Of a stretch of 35,214 nucleotides of DNA, positions 1 through 7,559 are shown in pieces. Within the stretch, counting starts at the first letter, position 1. Each line of letters starts with the position of its first letter. Origin of the DNA: an uncultured bacterium (GTDB lineage: Bacteria; Patescibacteriota; Microgenomatia; UBA1400; PJMF01); NCBI GenBank assembly GCA_903891335.1, contig CAITDX010000003.1:1-35214 (forward strand), written 5' to 3'. A program made the position numbers and the translations under genes. The notes beneath the pieces were generated by a model that was not told where the DNA came from, ran no database searches, and saw only the letters and a list, made by a program, of their open reading frames with translations.

Positions 1-195
1 AGAATCTGTGAACAAAATTTGTTTATCATGACTTAACTGCATCGTCATATGCTGCCATGATTCTGAAGGCACTTTTTCGATTAATTGTAGAGATATCCGA
101 CAAGACTCTTGACCTTGATTAGAAATTTTTATGATCGCCTGCAACGCGAATGGGTAAGAAAAGTGCAAAGCCGAATCTGATTGAGTTTGGCACAT
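1..195 (-). CDS. hypothetical protein, N-terminal part only (runs off the window start)
   Basis: Own translation of the - strand. ATG at 195..193 lies 25 nt downstream of the stop of the preceding - strand gene. It is followed by 65 sense codons (MCQTQSDSALHFSYPFALQAIIKISNQ...) with no stop before position 1. It is absent from the supplied track, presumably because it is truncated. No family recognised. Confidence 0.3.
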   Translation of the reverse strand, partial: MCQTQSDSALHFSYPFALQAIIKISNQGQESCRISLQLIEKVPSESWQHMTMQLSHDKQILFTDS

Positions 196-220
196 GCGCT
201 GGTGTGGATAACAAATAATC

Positions 221-1033
221 TCAATTTGCTGCATAGGTTTGCCAATCTACGATTTCAACCACAGGAGAAAAACTCACTCCGCTGCTTACTTGCACCTTCG
301 CTGGACAAGTAAAATCAATTGCTTGAAAAATTAATTCACTGCGAGCGTTGCTGTGCATCCAAGGAATGTCCCACCCCGACCAGAAAAAATTTGCTTGCTC
401 AACTAAATCTAAAGATTGACTGATTTGCCCATCTGCTCCGATGCAGTGCAAGTGATATTTGTCAGGCTGCCGATCATCTGCGACACTCACAAGAAGCGTC
501 AAGCGCCCATCAGCCTCCTGAACAGCATGCAGTTCCGTCATCGATGGCGGTGACAACTGGACAGCAGTCTGCAATTCAGGAGAATCAGGCAACCATGCTA
601 CATTTCGGACCATCACCACCGCGTCCTCCAAAACTTGATTTGTGTAGAGCACGGGCAACACTGTCGCATCCAATCCTAGAGTAGCTAAATCTAGAGTCAA
701 TGTTTGCCAATTCGTGCTGACAGTGGCCGCTGGCAAAGCGTACGCAACTCTCTCACCATCGGCCAAAAGCAACAAGACAGTATCTGGATCATGGCTTACA
801 TCCGTGCTCAAACGATACTCAAATTGCAGAAATTTTGGAGGAGATGCAGAAGGTGATGGAGAGGGTGAGGGAGAAGATTCATCTGCTTGTGAAACTACTG
901 GCTCTGTAGACACCAAGGGAGAAAAGTTGACCACAAGCTTGGTATCTTGCAAAATAAAATCAAAGCGTGAGGCAGCTGATACTGGCGACAACGTTGTCAA
1001 AAAGACAAAAATTATTCCAAATAACACTATCAT
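221..1033 (-). CDS. hypothetical signal-anchored/secreted protein with Ser-Pro linker
   Basis: Track ORF 221..1138 (-). The first few codons of that ORF overlap the start of tRNA-Glu on the opposite strand. I moved the start to Met36 (ATG 1033..1031), which opens the hydrophobic segment MIVLFGIIFVFLTTLSPVSAAS. An SPSPSPSPSASPP linker follows. No family recognised. Confidence 0.6.
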   Translation of the reverse strand: MIVLFGIIFVFLTTLSPVSAASRFDFILQDTKLVVNFSPLVSTEPVVSQADESSPSPSPSPSASPPKFLQFEYRLSTDVSHDPDTVLLLLADGERVAYALPAATVSTNWQTLTLDLATLGLDATVLPVLYTNQVLEDAVVMVRNVAWLPDSPELQTAVQLSPPSMTELHAVQEADGRLTLLVSVADDRQPDKYHLHCIGADGQISQSLDLVEQANFFWSGWDIPWMHSNARSELIFQAIDFTCPAKVQVSSGVSFSPVVEIVDWQTYAAN

Positions 1034-1095
1034 CGCCAGAAGAATAGCGTGCCTAGGTAGCAACAAAGAACACAAATGGCAAATTGCACAAATTT

Positions 1096-1104
1096 TGCTA
1101 TAAT
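1096..1104 (+). promoter_or_regulatory. extended -10 promoter element (TGcTATAAT) for tRNA-Glu
   Basis: TG at 1096-1097 and TATAAT at 1099-1104, 26 nt upstream of the tRNA 5' end. The -35 region is poor (ATGGCA), as is tolerated by extended -10 promoters. Confidence 0.4.
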
Positions 1105-1130
1105 CTCTGCAGCTAGTAGCCAAAAAAATT

Positions 1131-1202
1131 GGCCCCATCGTCTAGCGGTTAGGACACAGGGTTCTCATCCCTGTAACCGCGGTTCGATTCCGCGTGGGGT
1201 CA
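1131..1202 (+). tRNA. tRNA-Glu (anticodon CTC)
   Basis: Hand-folded cloverleaf. Acceptor GGCCCCA (1131-1137) pairs with TGGGGTC (1195-1201), with discriminator A at 1202. Anticodon stem CAGGG/CCCTG encloses loop TTCTCAT (1162-1168), anticodon CTC at 1164-1166. T arm is CGCGG-TTCGATT-CCGCG. The GTCTAGCGGTTAGGAC D region is typical of tRNA-Glu. CCA is not encoded. Confidence 0.9.
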
Positions 1203-1366
1203 CAAATACATCAAGGTTCAGTGCGACTCACACGGTCGCGCTTAATAGCTTGATGGTGCCTACTAAATTTTCTCAAATTTGTTCTAAATCGAGTTTCACA
1301 GCCTGTAAGAGTTTTTAAGCGGAACTAAACGGCAAGAAAATATTTCTGGAGTACCCACGCCATCAA

Positions 1367-2329
1367 TTAGAGAACAACAGCTAGATTCTGATCGCTAGTT
1401 ATTAGTTTTAATGGATAAAACGGAACTGCCTTATGAAGACTGTATACAAAAAAACACACGCCTTTAACAGAAGTTCCATCAATAATTTCTAAAACTTTTT
1501 TTTCTAGATCAGCAACTTCATTTTTCCATCTATTAGGGGTTTTTATTTCAGAAAATATACTAGGAAACAACCAATTTGTTGGCATACTTCCCACACTGAC
1601 AAAAAGTATATTGTTTTTCCTCTTATTTAATTGCAAGCTTTTTGTAATTATTTTATTTGAAAGATCTTTTAATAGATCGTTAAACGGATCATACCCATCC
1701 TGTTCGAACTCCCAACTTATTATTCCTGGATTTGGAGATGAATTCTTTGTAATTGTGATTCCTTGAAAAGAAAAGGTGTTTGGCCCTTCAATATGACTAG
1801 ATAGTTCAGCAATGACAGCGCATTGTTCGCTTTTCGTAAGATATGAAAATTTTTGAAGTGCTTGCAAATTAGCACTTATCCTTAGTCCTGAGGTCAAAAT
1901 TATCTTGTTTTGTTCAATGTATTGTTGAATTCTTTCTATTAAAATCCATTCCGCTATTGTATCTAGGAAGCATGTCACTTCAATTCCATAATCTTGACCG
2001 GATATTTCAATTGAAGCATCTACATCATTACCAGTTAGAATGTCATTCATTGTTGGATTTAATTTTCTAAGATAATCAAGAATATATCGTTCAGCAGTAG
2101 TTGTAACTAAATGTTTGTCATCACTTAAAAACCACTCTTTTAGTTTAAATATTCCACCTGATTGACTGAGTAAATATCCAACCTTTTCATCAATAATTTT
2201 TAATGATTCCGACATTGTGGGCTTTTCGAGCCATCTTAATATAATTGGAGAATTACACCATTCAGCTTTATACCTCTTTCCATGGAAAAACTTATCTAAA
2301 TTAACAAAATTACTCATGATTTGAATCAT
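1367..2329 (-). CDS. hypothetical protein (orphan, low-G+C islet); weak PD-(D/E)xK-like segment
   Basis: Uninterrupted 320-codon ORF in AT-rich DNA. No family recognised. The segment TAERYILDYL...NDVDASIEISGQDYGIEVTC has nuclease-core-like E / D / ExX spacing but lacks the Lys. The start could also be Met5 (2317). Confidence 0.7.
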   Translation of the reverse strand: MIQIMSNFVNLDKFFHGKRYKAEWCNSPIILRWLEKPTMSESLKIIDEKVGYLLSQSGGIFKLKEWFLSDDKHLVTTTAERYILDYLRKLNPTMNDILTGNDVDASIEISGQDYGIEVTCFLDTIAEWILIERIQQYIEQNKIILTSGLRISANLQALQKFSYLTKSEQCAVIAELSSHIEGPNTFSFQGITITKNSSPNPGIISWEFEQDGYDPFNDLLKDLSNKIITKSLQLNKRKNNILFVSVGSMPTNWLFPSIFSEIKTPNRWKNEVADLEKKVLEIIDGTSVKGVCFFVYSLHKAVPFYPLKLITSDQNLAVVL

Positions 2330-2457
2330 ACCTTAAATTTTTATTTTTAGCAGATATTACAATAAATTTTTACGAAGTTTGAATAGTTATAATTCTTTAG
2401 CTAAGATGAGAAGGATTACTGAATGGAAAAGAAATACAGTTATATGGACAATCAATT

Positions 2458-3303
2458 ATGACATTTGAGTTTAACGAGAATCAAAATGAATTAATAGTAA
2501 AATATCGTGAATTGGTAGCATATGGATACCAAAAACTTAGCAAAATCTCGCTTGATCTCAGAAAAGTTAGAGTTAGAAAAATGGTTTTATATTTTATGAT
2601 GGGCGCGATGCAGAGCTATGCCGAAAGCATTTTAAAGCTTTTAAGTTCTGAACCTGTCTACGAAAAACCTGGAGAATCTCTTCTGAGATCTCAATTAGAA
2701 ATATGGTTGAACCTACGTTATATCTATTCAAGCAGATCTGAAGATAAAGCTCGATTATTTATGTCAGATATGGTAATGGAATCTGTTACTTTTGCAAAAA
2801 GACATAAAACATTGTGGGAGAAATATCCTAAATGGGACCTAGAGTTTGGTGCAGTAAAAAAGCCAGAAGATTGGGATAAATTTATTGTAGATAATACAGA
2901 TTTACTAAAAAAATATCGTAAAAGATATAAAGATAAACATGTTATGAAGTTACCTGGTTTGTATGACAGAACTCTAGCAATAGATAAACATTTAAAAAAG
3001 CTTGGAAAGCTTTCAGACAAAACTAGTGCCGAAAAATATTACACTCTCTATTATCAATACTTCTCAGAGTCAACCCATGCAACCATGGCAGGCCTACAAA
3101 GATATATGAGAGGAACCGCTAAGGATCCAGAACCTTTTCTCGATGTTGATTCTAAACCTGAAGATGCGGAGAGAATATTGACTGTAAGCTATATGGCTTA
3201 CTTTGATGTTCTTCATTTTTTTCTACAAGTGTTCAAGAATTATGATCCTGTCGAATACAGTCAATTAAAAAAGTTTGCAAGAAAAACATTAAAAAATAGT
3301 TAA
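2458..3303 (+). CDS. hypothetical helical protein, DUF5677-like from memory (orphan, low-G+C islet)
   Basis: 281-codon ORF divergent from 1367..2329. The motifs LLRSQLEIWLNLRYIY...ARLF and YFSESTHATMAGL resemble my recollection of DUF5677-type proteins. This has not been verified by a search. Confidence 0.7.
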   Translation: MTFEFNENQNELIVKYRELVAYGYQKLSKISLDLRKVRVRKMVLYFMMGAMQSYAESILKLLSSEPVYEKPGESLLRSQLEIWLNLRYIYSSRSEDKARLFMSDMVMESVTFAKRHKTLWEKYPKWDLEFGAVKKPEDWDKFIVDNTDLLKKYRKRYKDKHVMKLPGLYDRTLAIDKHLKKLGKLSDKTSAEKYYTLYYQYFSESTHATMAGLQRYMRGTAKDPEPFLDVDSKPEDAERILTVSYMAYFDVLHFFLQVFKNYDPVEYSQLKKFARKTLKNS

Positions 3304-3413
3304 TGAATATATCAAATTACATCAATTTAGTTTGATAAGTTTTTTTATAGTGTCTCATTTGTCTCGTTTAGCCTGAGGATGATAGTATGGAAAGACGGTG
3401 GTTATAGGATCAA

Positions 3414-3440
3414 ACGGTTCCAGACCCGTATGGCTCACCA
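3414..3440 (+). other. tRNA-like 3' fragment (degenerate T arm + acceptor strand + CCA)
   Basis: ACGGTTCCAGACCCGTATGGCTCACCA contains GGTTCCAGACC, a T-loop-like string (compare GGTTCGATTCC in tRNA-Glu at 1181-1191). It continues with a 7-nt acceptor-like strand, A, then CCA. No matching 5' acceptor strand lies upstream, so it is not a complete tRNA. Confidence 0.3.
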
Positions 3441-3442
3441 AC

Positions 3443-3478
3443 AAAAAAGAGCGATTTATTCGCTCTTTTTTTATTTTT
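3443..3478 (+). terminator. rho-independent terminator (bidirectional shape)
   Basis: AAAAAAGAGCGA (3443-3454), loop TTTAT, TCGCTCTTTTTT (3460-3471). The 7-bp GC-containing core stem extends to 12 bp through A6/T6 and is followed by more T. Confidence 0.7.
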
Positions 3479-3511
3479 AATTAGATTATAAGCAACCACA
3501 GAAGTTCTCAT

Positions 3512-3540
3512 TTACTTATAACCGCAACACTCTATACAAT
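3512..3540 (+). promoter_or_regulatory. sigma70-like promoter for the SemiSWEET-like gene
   Basis: TTACTT (3512-3517), 17-nt spacer, TACAAT (3535-3540). Confidence 0.35.
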
Positions 3541-3582
3541 GACACTATTCCTATACCTAAAAAATTATCTACTAGAGTTATC

Positions 3583-3861
3583 TTGAAAGACAAAAACAAA
3601 AATGGTATTCACGATCATTTTGATTGGATCATTAATGCTTGCGCCATTATTCTTCCCTTCACTACTCTCGATCAACTCTATTTGATCTATGTCAAAAAAG
3701 AAACCACCGGTGTCTCAGCGCTTACCTGGTTTCTTTATGGTATCCTCAGCATTCCACTTTTGCTCTATTCAATTAAAAGAAAAGATTTGCCGATGATTTT
3801 ACTCAACGGACTTTGGGTAATTTTTGATCTAGCGGTTTGGGTGGGCGCACTTCTCTATTAA
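3583..3861 (+). CDS. SemiSWEET / PQ-loop family small transporter (3 TM)
   Basis: 92 aa with three hydrophobic helices. By eye it aligns to bacterial SemiSWEETs: TTLDQLYLIYVKKETTGVSALTWF against the xxxPQxxKxxKTRSxxDISLxxF pattern, then KDLPMILLNGLWV against GDxPxIxxN. The start is TTG because there is no in-frame ATG near the N-terminus. Confidence 0.6.
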   Translation: MKDKNKNGIHDHFDWIINACAIILPFTTLDQLYLIYVKKETTGVSALTWFLYGILSIPLLLYSIKRKDLPMILLNGLWVIFDLAVWVGALLY

Positions 3862-3871
3862 ATAAAACTTA

Positions 3872-5047
3872 TCAAGCATCACACTTTTCCTCTACCAAAA
3901 ACTGGCCCACAAACTCCTTCAATGGCAGTTGGTCCAAATCAACACTTGGAAAACTTGGTTCTTCCTCTGATTTCCCCAATCCTGACTCCACTGCTGATTT
4001 CCCCACCAACGCTGTTCGCATGGCACCCATTTTGACCGCTAGAAATACCTGAACTTTTTCTCTAAGCTTGGCCACCACACTCTCCAACTGACTCTTACTA
4101 TCATCGAGATACACAATTTTTTTACCAAAAACGTGCAAGAGGTTGCCAAACAATTCTTGCAAAAACATGTCTTTTCTGCCCTGAGTAATAATCACGATTT
4201 CATCGGGCAACCGTTGACCCTGCTGCTGTAATTTTTGCAAACCAGCGGTCACCTTTCTAATTTGAAATTGAGCTACTCCAAAGGTAGTGATGAGCCAATA
4301 AACTTCCTCTGGCATATCCATGCCCGAGACCTCTCCTTCATCTAAGTTGGCGCCAGTCATATCTTTGACAAATAATTGCCATAGTTCCTGATCGATTTCC
4401 TGAAAATTTGACGCACCAAAATCAATTTCCATTGTTAGAGGTGCCTTTTCTAAAAAATAGAGCTTAGGATTATCATTCTTATCTAATTCTTTAACTGTCT
4501 CTACATCGCTTAACTGTTGACTTAAAGCTTGCACTAGATATTCACGAAGTGACTTGACATCAAGTGATGATAACCCTTGAAACTTTACTGGATTTTGCCT
4601 CGCCAATTCAAGCAAATGCGTTTCCATCAGCAGCTCAAGCTTCGGTGCATAGTATTCAGGGTGCGTGCCGTCAGTTGGTAGACACCGAGCAATTTTATTG
4701 ATCTTACCCAATAGACTAATGATGTCCGTCGGGTCCGTCAAATCAGCCGATGAAGTGGCGGCGACTTCTCTCAGTAAGTCAGCCAGGTGTTGATGATACG
4801 CTTCTTTGCGCTTCGTATACTTCTCCAAAGTATCATCGAAATCAGTCGCCAAAATCAAGCTCAAGCTATGAGCATCACGATTACTCAAACGAATTCGATA
4901 TGCCTTGGTTTGTCGCTTGCCTTCGACAACTGAGTGTGCTTTGATTTGTGCATCAATTCCCAAGGTTGCATAAATCAACTCTCTAAAACCATCGATCTTG
5001 TGTAATTCTTGGTCAAAAACTCGCTGCCTTTTGGAATTTTCCATCAT
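3872..5047 (-). CDS. HAD-superfamily hydrolase-like protein with large cap insertion
   Basis: HAD motif I is LILATDFDDTL (DxDxT), a later Thr is in WLITTFG, a Lys in ITQGRKD, and motif IV is IVYLDDSKS. About 170 aa lie between motifs I and II. The specific substrate is unknown. Confidence 0.55.
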   Translation of the reverse strand: MMENSKRQRVFDQELHKIDGFRELIYATLGIDAQIKAHSVVEGKRQTKAYRIRLSNRDAHSLSLILATDFDDTLEKYTKRKEAYHQHLADLLREVAATSSADLTDPTDIISLLGKINKIARCLPTDGTHPEYYAPKLELLMETHLLELARQNPVKFQGLSSLDVKSLREYLVQALSQQLSDVETVKELDKNDNPKLYFLEKAPLTMEIDFGASNFQEIDQELWQLFVKDMTGANLDEGEVSGMDMPEEVYWLITTFGVAQFQIRKVTAGLQKLQQQGQRLPDEIVIITQGRKDMFLQELFGNLLHVFGKKIVYLDDSKSQLESVVAKLREKVQVFLAVKMGAMRTALVGKSAVESGLGKSEEEPSFPSVDLDQLPLKEFVGQFLVEEKCDA

Positions 5048-5077
5048 TTGTGCATAGTATACACACTGTGCTAAGAT
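5048..5077 (+). promoter_or_regulatory. sigma70-like promoter, -10 only 6 nt from ATG 5084
   Basis: TTGTGC (5048-5053), 18-nt spacer, TGc-TAAGAT (TAAGAT at 5072-5077). On the opposite strand TATACT (5061..5056) lies 8 nt from ATG 5047. Confidence 0.4.
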
Positions 5078-5083
5078 ATTTTT

Positions 5084-5578
5084 ATGTCAAACCTCAACCA
5101 AGTGCTCTCCCACACTGCTCTTATCAAAATTGATCAGGAGCTCAATAATGTTTTTAAAAATGCACCACATTTACCTCGAAAAGTAACTGATATTTTGGTC
5201 AAAATTGCACCCTACATGATTCTTGTTTCCGGTCTCTTCATGATCACTGGAGGCTTACAAAGCATTTTTGGTGCGCGCAGCTTTCATCGATTACTTGATT
5301 TATGGGCTAATATCCCCCCAGTGTATTTCTATTTGACAGGCTTGATTCAAATTGGTGCAGGTGTACTTTCGGTCATGGCCTACAAACCCCTCAAAGACAA
5401 ACAAGCTGAAGGCTGGATGATGATGTTGTTGCTCAATCTAGTGAGTATCGTGCTTAATTTTATTACCCTCCTCTTTTTCCGTCAGGGTCTGTTTGGCTTA
5501 CTCCTGGGAGCGTTGCTTGGATTTTACCTGCTCTATGAGCTTCGATACGCATACAAAAAAGCTAAAACCAATAAATGA
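5084..5578 (+). CDS. hypothetical multi-pass membrane protein
   Basis: 164-aa ORF with about four hydrophobic helices. Its stop overlaps the next start (ATGA at 5575-5578). No family recognised. Confidence 0.7.
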   Translation: MSNLNQVLSHTALIKIDQELNNVFKNAPHLPRKVTDILVKIAPYMILVSGLFMITGGLQSIFGARSFHRLLDLWANIPPVYFYLTGLIQIGAGVLSVMAYKPLKDKQAEGWMMMLLLNLVSIVLNFITLLFFRQGLFGLLLGALLGFYLLYELRYAYKKAKTNK

Positions 5579-6645
5579 CCTATCAAGAAATTGTCGATCA
5601 GCTTGGTGCACAGGCGAAATATTTGTTGTCTCACCGCTGTCAACTCCTTCCTAAGGAGTTGTTGCATTTCCCCAAAGGTGATCACGTTCAAACGGTGTTT
5701 TCTCAATCAGATCGAAATGACAAAACGATTGAAAATTTAGAGCGACTCTATGCACATGGTCGTCTTGGCAACACAGGCTATCTATCAATACTACCCGTTG
5801 ATCAAGATATCGAACACAACGCCAATTATTCCTTTTATAAAAATCCACTCTACTTCGACCCAGAAAATGTGATCAAATTAGCACTTGAGGCAGGGTGTAA
5901 CGGCGTGGCTTCTACTCTAGGGGCACTTGGTTTAGTTAGCAAGAAATACGCCGACAAAATTCCTTTTATCGTCAAAATCAATCACAACGAACTCCTCACT
6001 TACCCTAATAAATGGGATCAGGTGCTCTTTGCCAAAGTACAACAGGCAGCTGATATGGGCGCCGTGGCAATTGGTGCTACTATTTACTTCGGCTCCAGTC
6101 AGTCCAACCGACAAATTGTGGAAATTGCTGAGGCATTTTACCAAGCACATCAGCTTGGTCTCGCCACCATCCTCTGGTGCTATCCTCGCAACAGTGCCTG
6201 GCAAGATAAAGACACCAATTACGAGAGTGCTGCCGACATTACCAGCTATGCCAATCGCCTCGGAGTAACCATCGAAGCTGATATTATCAAACAAAAAATG
6301 CCAGAACACGACGGAGCGTTTTTGAAATTTAAATTTGGTAAATATCACAAAGACATGTACGAACAACTCACCACTGAGAATCCAATCGATTTAGTACGCC
6401 TTCAAGTTATGAATTGTTATGCAGGTAAAATCAGTCTGATTAACTCTGGCGGTGAGAGCAGTAGTGATGGCAATTTTGAAACTGATTTGCGTGAGGCAGT
6501 GCGCACTGCAGTCATCAATAAACGCGCTGGCGGCGCCGGTCTAATCATGGGACGTAAAGCATTTAAACGACCACTCCATGAGGGAGTGGCTATGATTCAG
6601 GCTGTGCAGGATGTGTATTTGTCAGAAGAAATTGGTTTAGCTTAA
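5575..6645 (+). CDS. fbaB: class I fructose-bisphosphate aldolase, DhnA/FbaB type
   Basis: Length is about 350 aa. Motifs LSILPVDQDIEH, FIVKINHNE, GATIYFGS, DIIKQKMP and LIMGRK match the FbaB/DhnA (archaeal-type class I) aldolase family as I know it. Confidence 0.8.
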   Translation: MTYQEIVDQLGAQAKYLLSHRCQLLPKELLHFPKGDHVQTVFSQSDRNDKTIENLERLYAHGRLGNTGYLSILPVDQDIEHNANYSFYKNPLYFDPENVIKLALEAGCNGVASTLGALGLVSKKYADKIPFIVKINHNELLTYPNKWDQVLFAKVQQAADMGAVAIGATIYFGSSQSNRQIVEIAEAFYQAHQLGLATILWCYPRNSAWQDKDTNYESAADITSYANRLGVTIEADIIKQKMPEHDGAFLKFKFGKYHKDMYEQLTTENPIDLVRLQVMNCYAGKISLINSGGESSSDGNFETDLREAVRTAVINKRAGGAGLIMGRKAFKRPLHEGVAMIQAVQDVYLSEEIGLA

Positions 6646-7204
6646 GCAACGCCTGGCGACGGTGAGAAATTTGATTTTTAACCGCCACTCCTAATTCTGC
6701 AAAGGTTTGTGTATATCCTTCCGGGATGAAGATAGGATCATACCCAAAACCTTCGAGTCGACTGCCACGCTCTGCTGTCGCCAAACTACCTTTAATAACT
6801 CCCTCAAAAAATTGTGTGTGCTTCATTTGCGGATCATAGAGACAAAGGACACTGCGAAACTGTGCATTTCGACTATCAGTGGGACTTAGTTTTGCCAATA
6901 AGGCCTGATTACGTTCACTGGTCGTACCAGCCAACCAACGATTTGAATACACTCCAGGAAAACCATCCAAAGCCTCTACCTCCAGGCCAGAATCATCAGC
7001 CAAAACTGGTAAGCCAGTTGCTGCTGCATAGGCACTGGCTTTGAGCCAGGCGTTATCAGTAAATGTCGTACCAGTTTCAACCACATCAAAATCAGCAGCT
7101 AAACCAACATCCTTATAGCTGAGAACTTCTATATCACTCGTGGCTAGAATCGCCTGAATTTCGCGAATTTTACCAGCATTACTACTCGCAATTAAGAGAC
7201 GCAT
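6590..7204 (-). CDS. rdgB: dITP/XTP pyrophosphatase (HAM1/RdgB family)
   Basis: MRLLIASSNAGKIREI, DSGLEVEALDGFPGVYS, GYDPIF and ISHRRQAL are family hallmarks. The last 56 nt overlap the 3' end of the convergent aldolase gene. Confidence 0.85.
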   Translation of the reverse strand: MRLLIASSNAGKIREIQAILATSDIEVLSYKDVGLAADFDVVETGTTFTDNAWLKASAYAAATGLPVLADDSGLEVEALDGFPGVYSNRWLAGTTSERNQALLAKLSPTDSRNAQFRSVLCLYDPQMKHTQFFEGVIKGSLATAERGSRLEGFGYDPIFIPEGYTQTFAELGVAVKNQISHRRQALLKLNQFLLTNTHPAQPES

Positions 7205-7210
7205 GGTCTT

Positions 7211-7495
7211 TTATTTGCCCAGTAATGAACCCAGACCACCAGTCATACTTTGCAATTTTTTAGCGGCCACTTCTTGAGATTTCTTGATTGCCTCATTGAG
7301 AGCTTTGACGAGTTCATCGCTGTGAATACCCTGCACTGATACATCTTTGATTTCTTGTGCACCAGTAATCTTCACAATGATATCGCCGCGCTCGACAACA
7401 ATTTCTTCAGCAGCCAAATCTTGCTGCATCTGCTTGGCTTGCTTGCGCAATTTGTTTAAATCTCCCAACTGACTCATGAAACCTGCCATAGGCAC
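7211..7495 (-). CDS. ybaB: nucleoid-associated protein YbaB/EbfC
   Basis: 94 aa. Contains LRKQAKQMQQDL...VKITGAQEIKDVSV and sits immediately downstream of dnaX, the classic dnaX-ybaB synteny. Confidence 0.85.
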   Translation of the reverse strand: MPMAGFMSQLGDLNKLRKQAKQMQQDLAAEEIVVERGDIIVKITGAQEIKDVSVQGIHSDELVKALNEAIKKSQEVAAKKLQSMTGGLGSLLGK

Positions 7496-7559
7496 CTTTC
7501 CAAATAATTTTTGCTGTTACTTTTTTACAAGTGTATCATATTTTCGCTGATTGATAAGT

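Noticed and set aside
1221-1241. Hairpin GTGCGAC-N7-GTCGCGC just after tRNA-Glu, as a possible terminator.
   Set aside because: The stem is 7 bp with one G-U pair, and no T tract follows (CTTAATAGC). That is too weak to call an intrinsic terminator.
714-1318. Track ORFs 714..1103 (+) and 1076..1318 (+).
   Set aside because: The first is the antisense shadow of the 221..1033 gene (Gly/Glu/Asp run opposite the Ser-Pro linker). The second reads straight through tRNA-Glu. Neither has a recognisable motif.
2330-2457. Attempt to assign specific -35/-10 boxes in the divergent spacer of the islet genes.
   Set aside because: The region is so AT-rich that several TATAAT-like hexamers occur (for example TATAAT at 2386-2391) without a convincingly spaced -35. 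Any call would be arbitrary.
6590-6645. 56-nt convergent overlap of the aldolase and rdgB 3' ends.
   Set aside because: The overlap is real in the ORF map, but both C-terminal tails are non-conserved extensions and the genome is generally compact. Nothing suggests a function beyond possible antisense interference, so I did not promote it to a finding.
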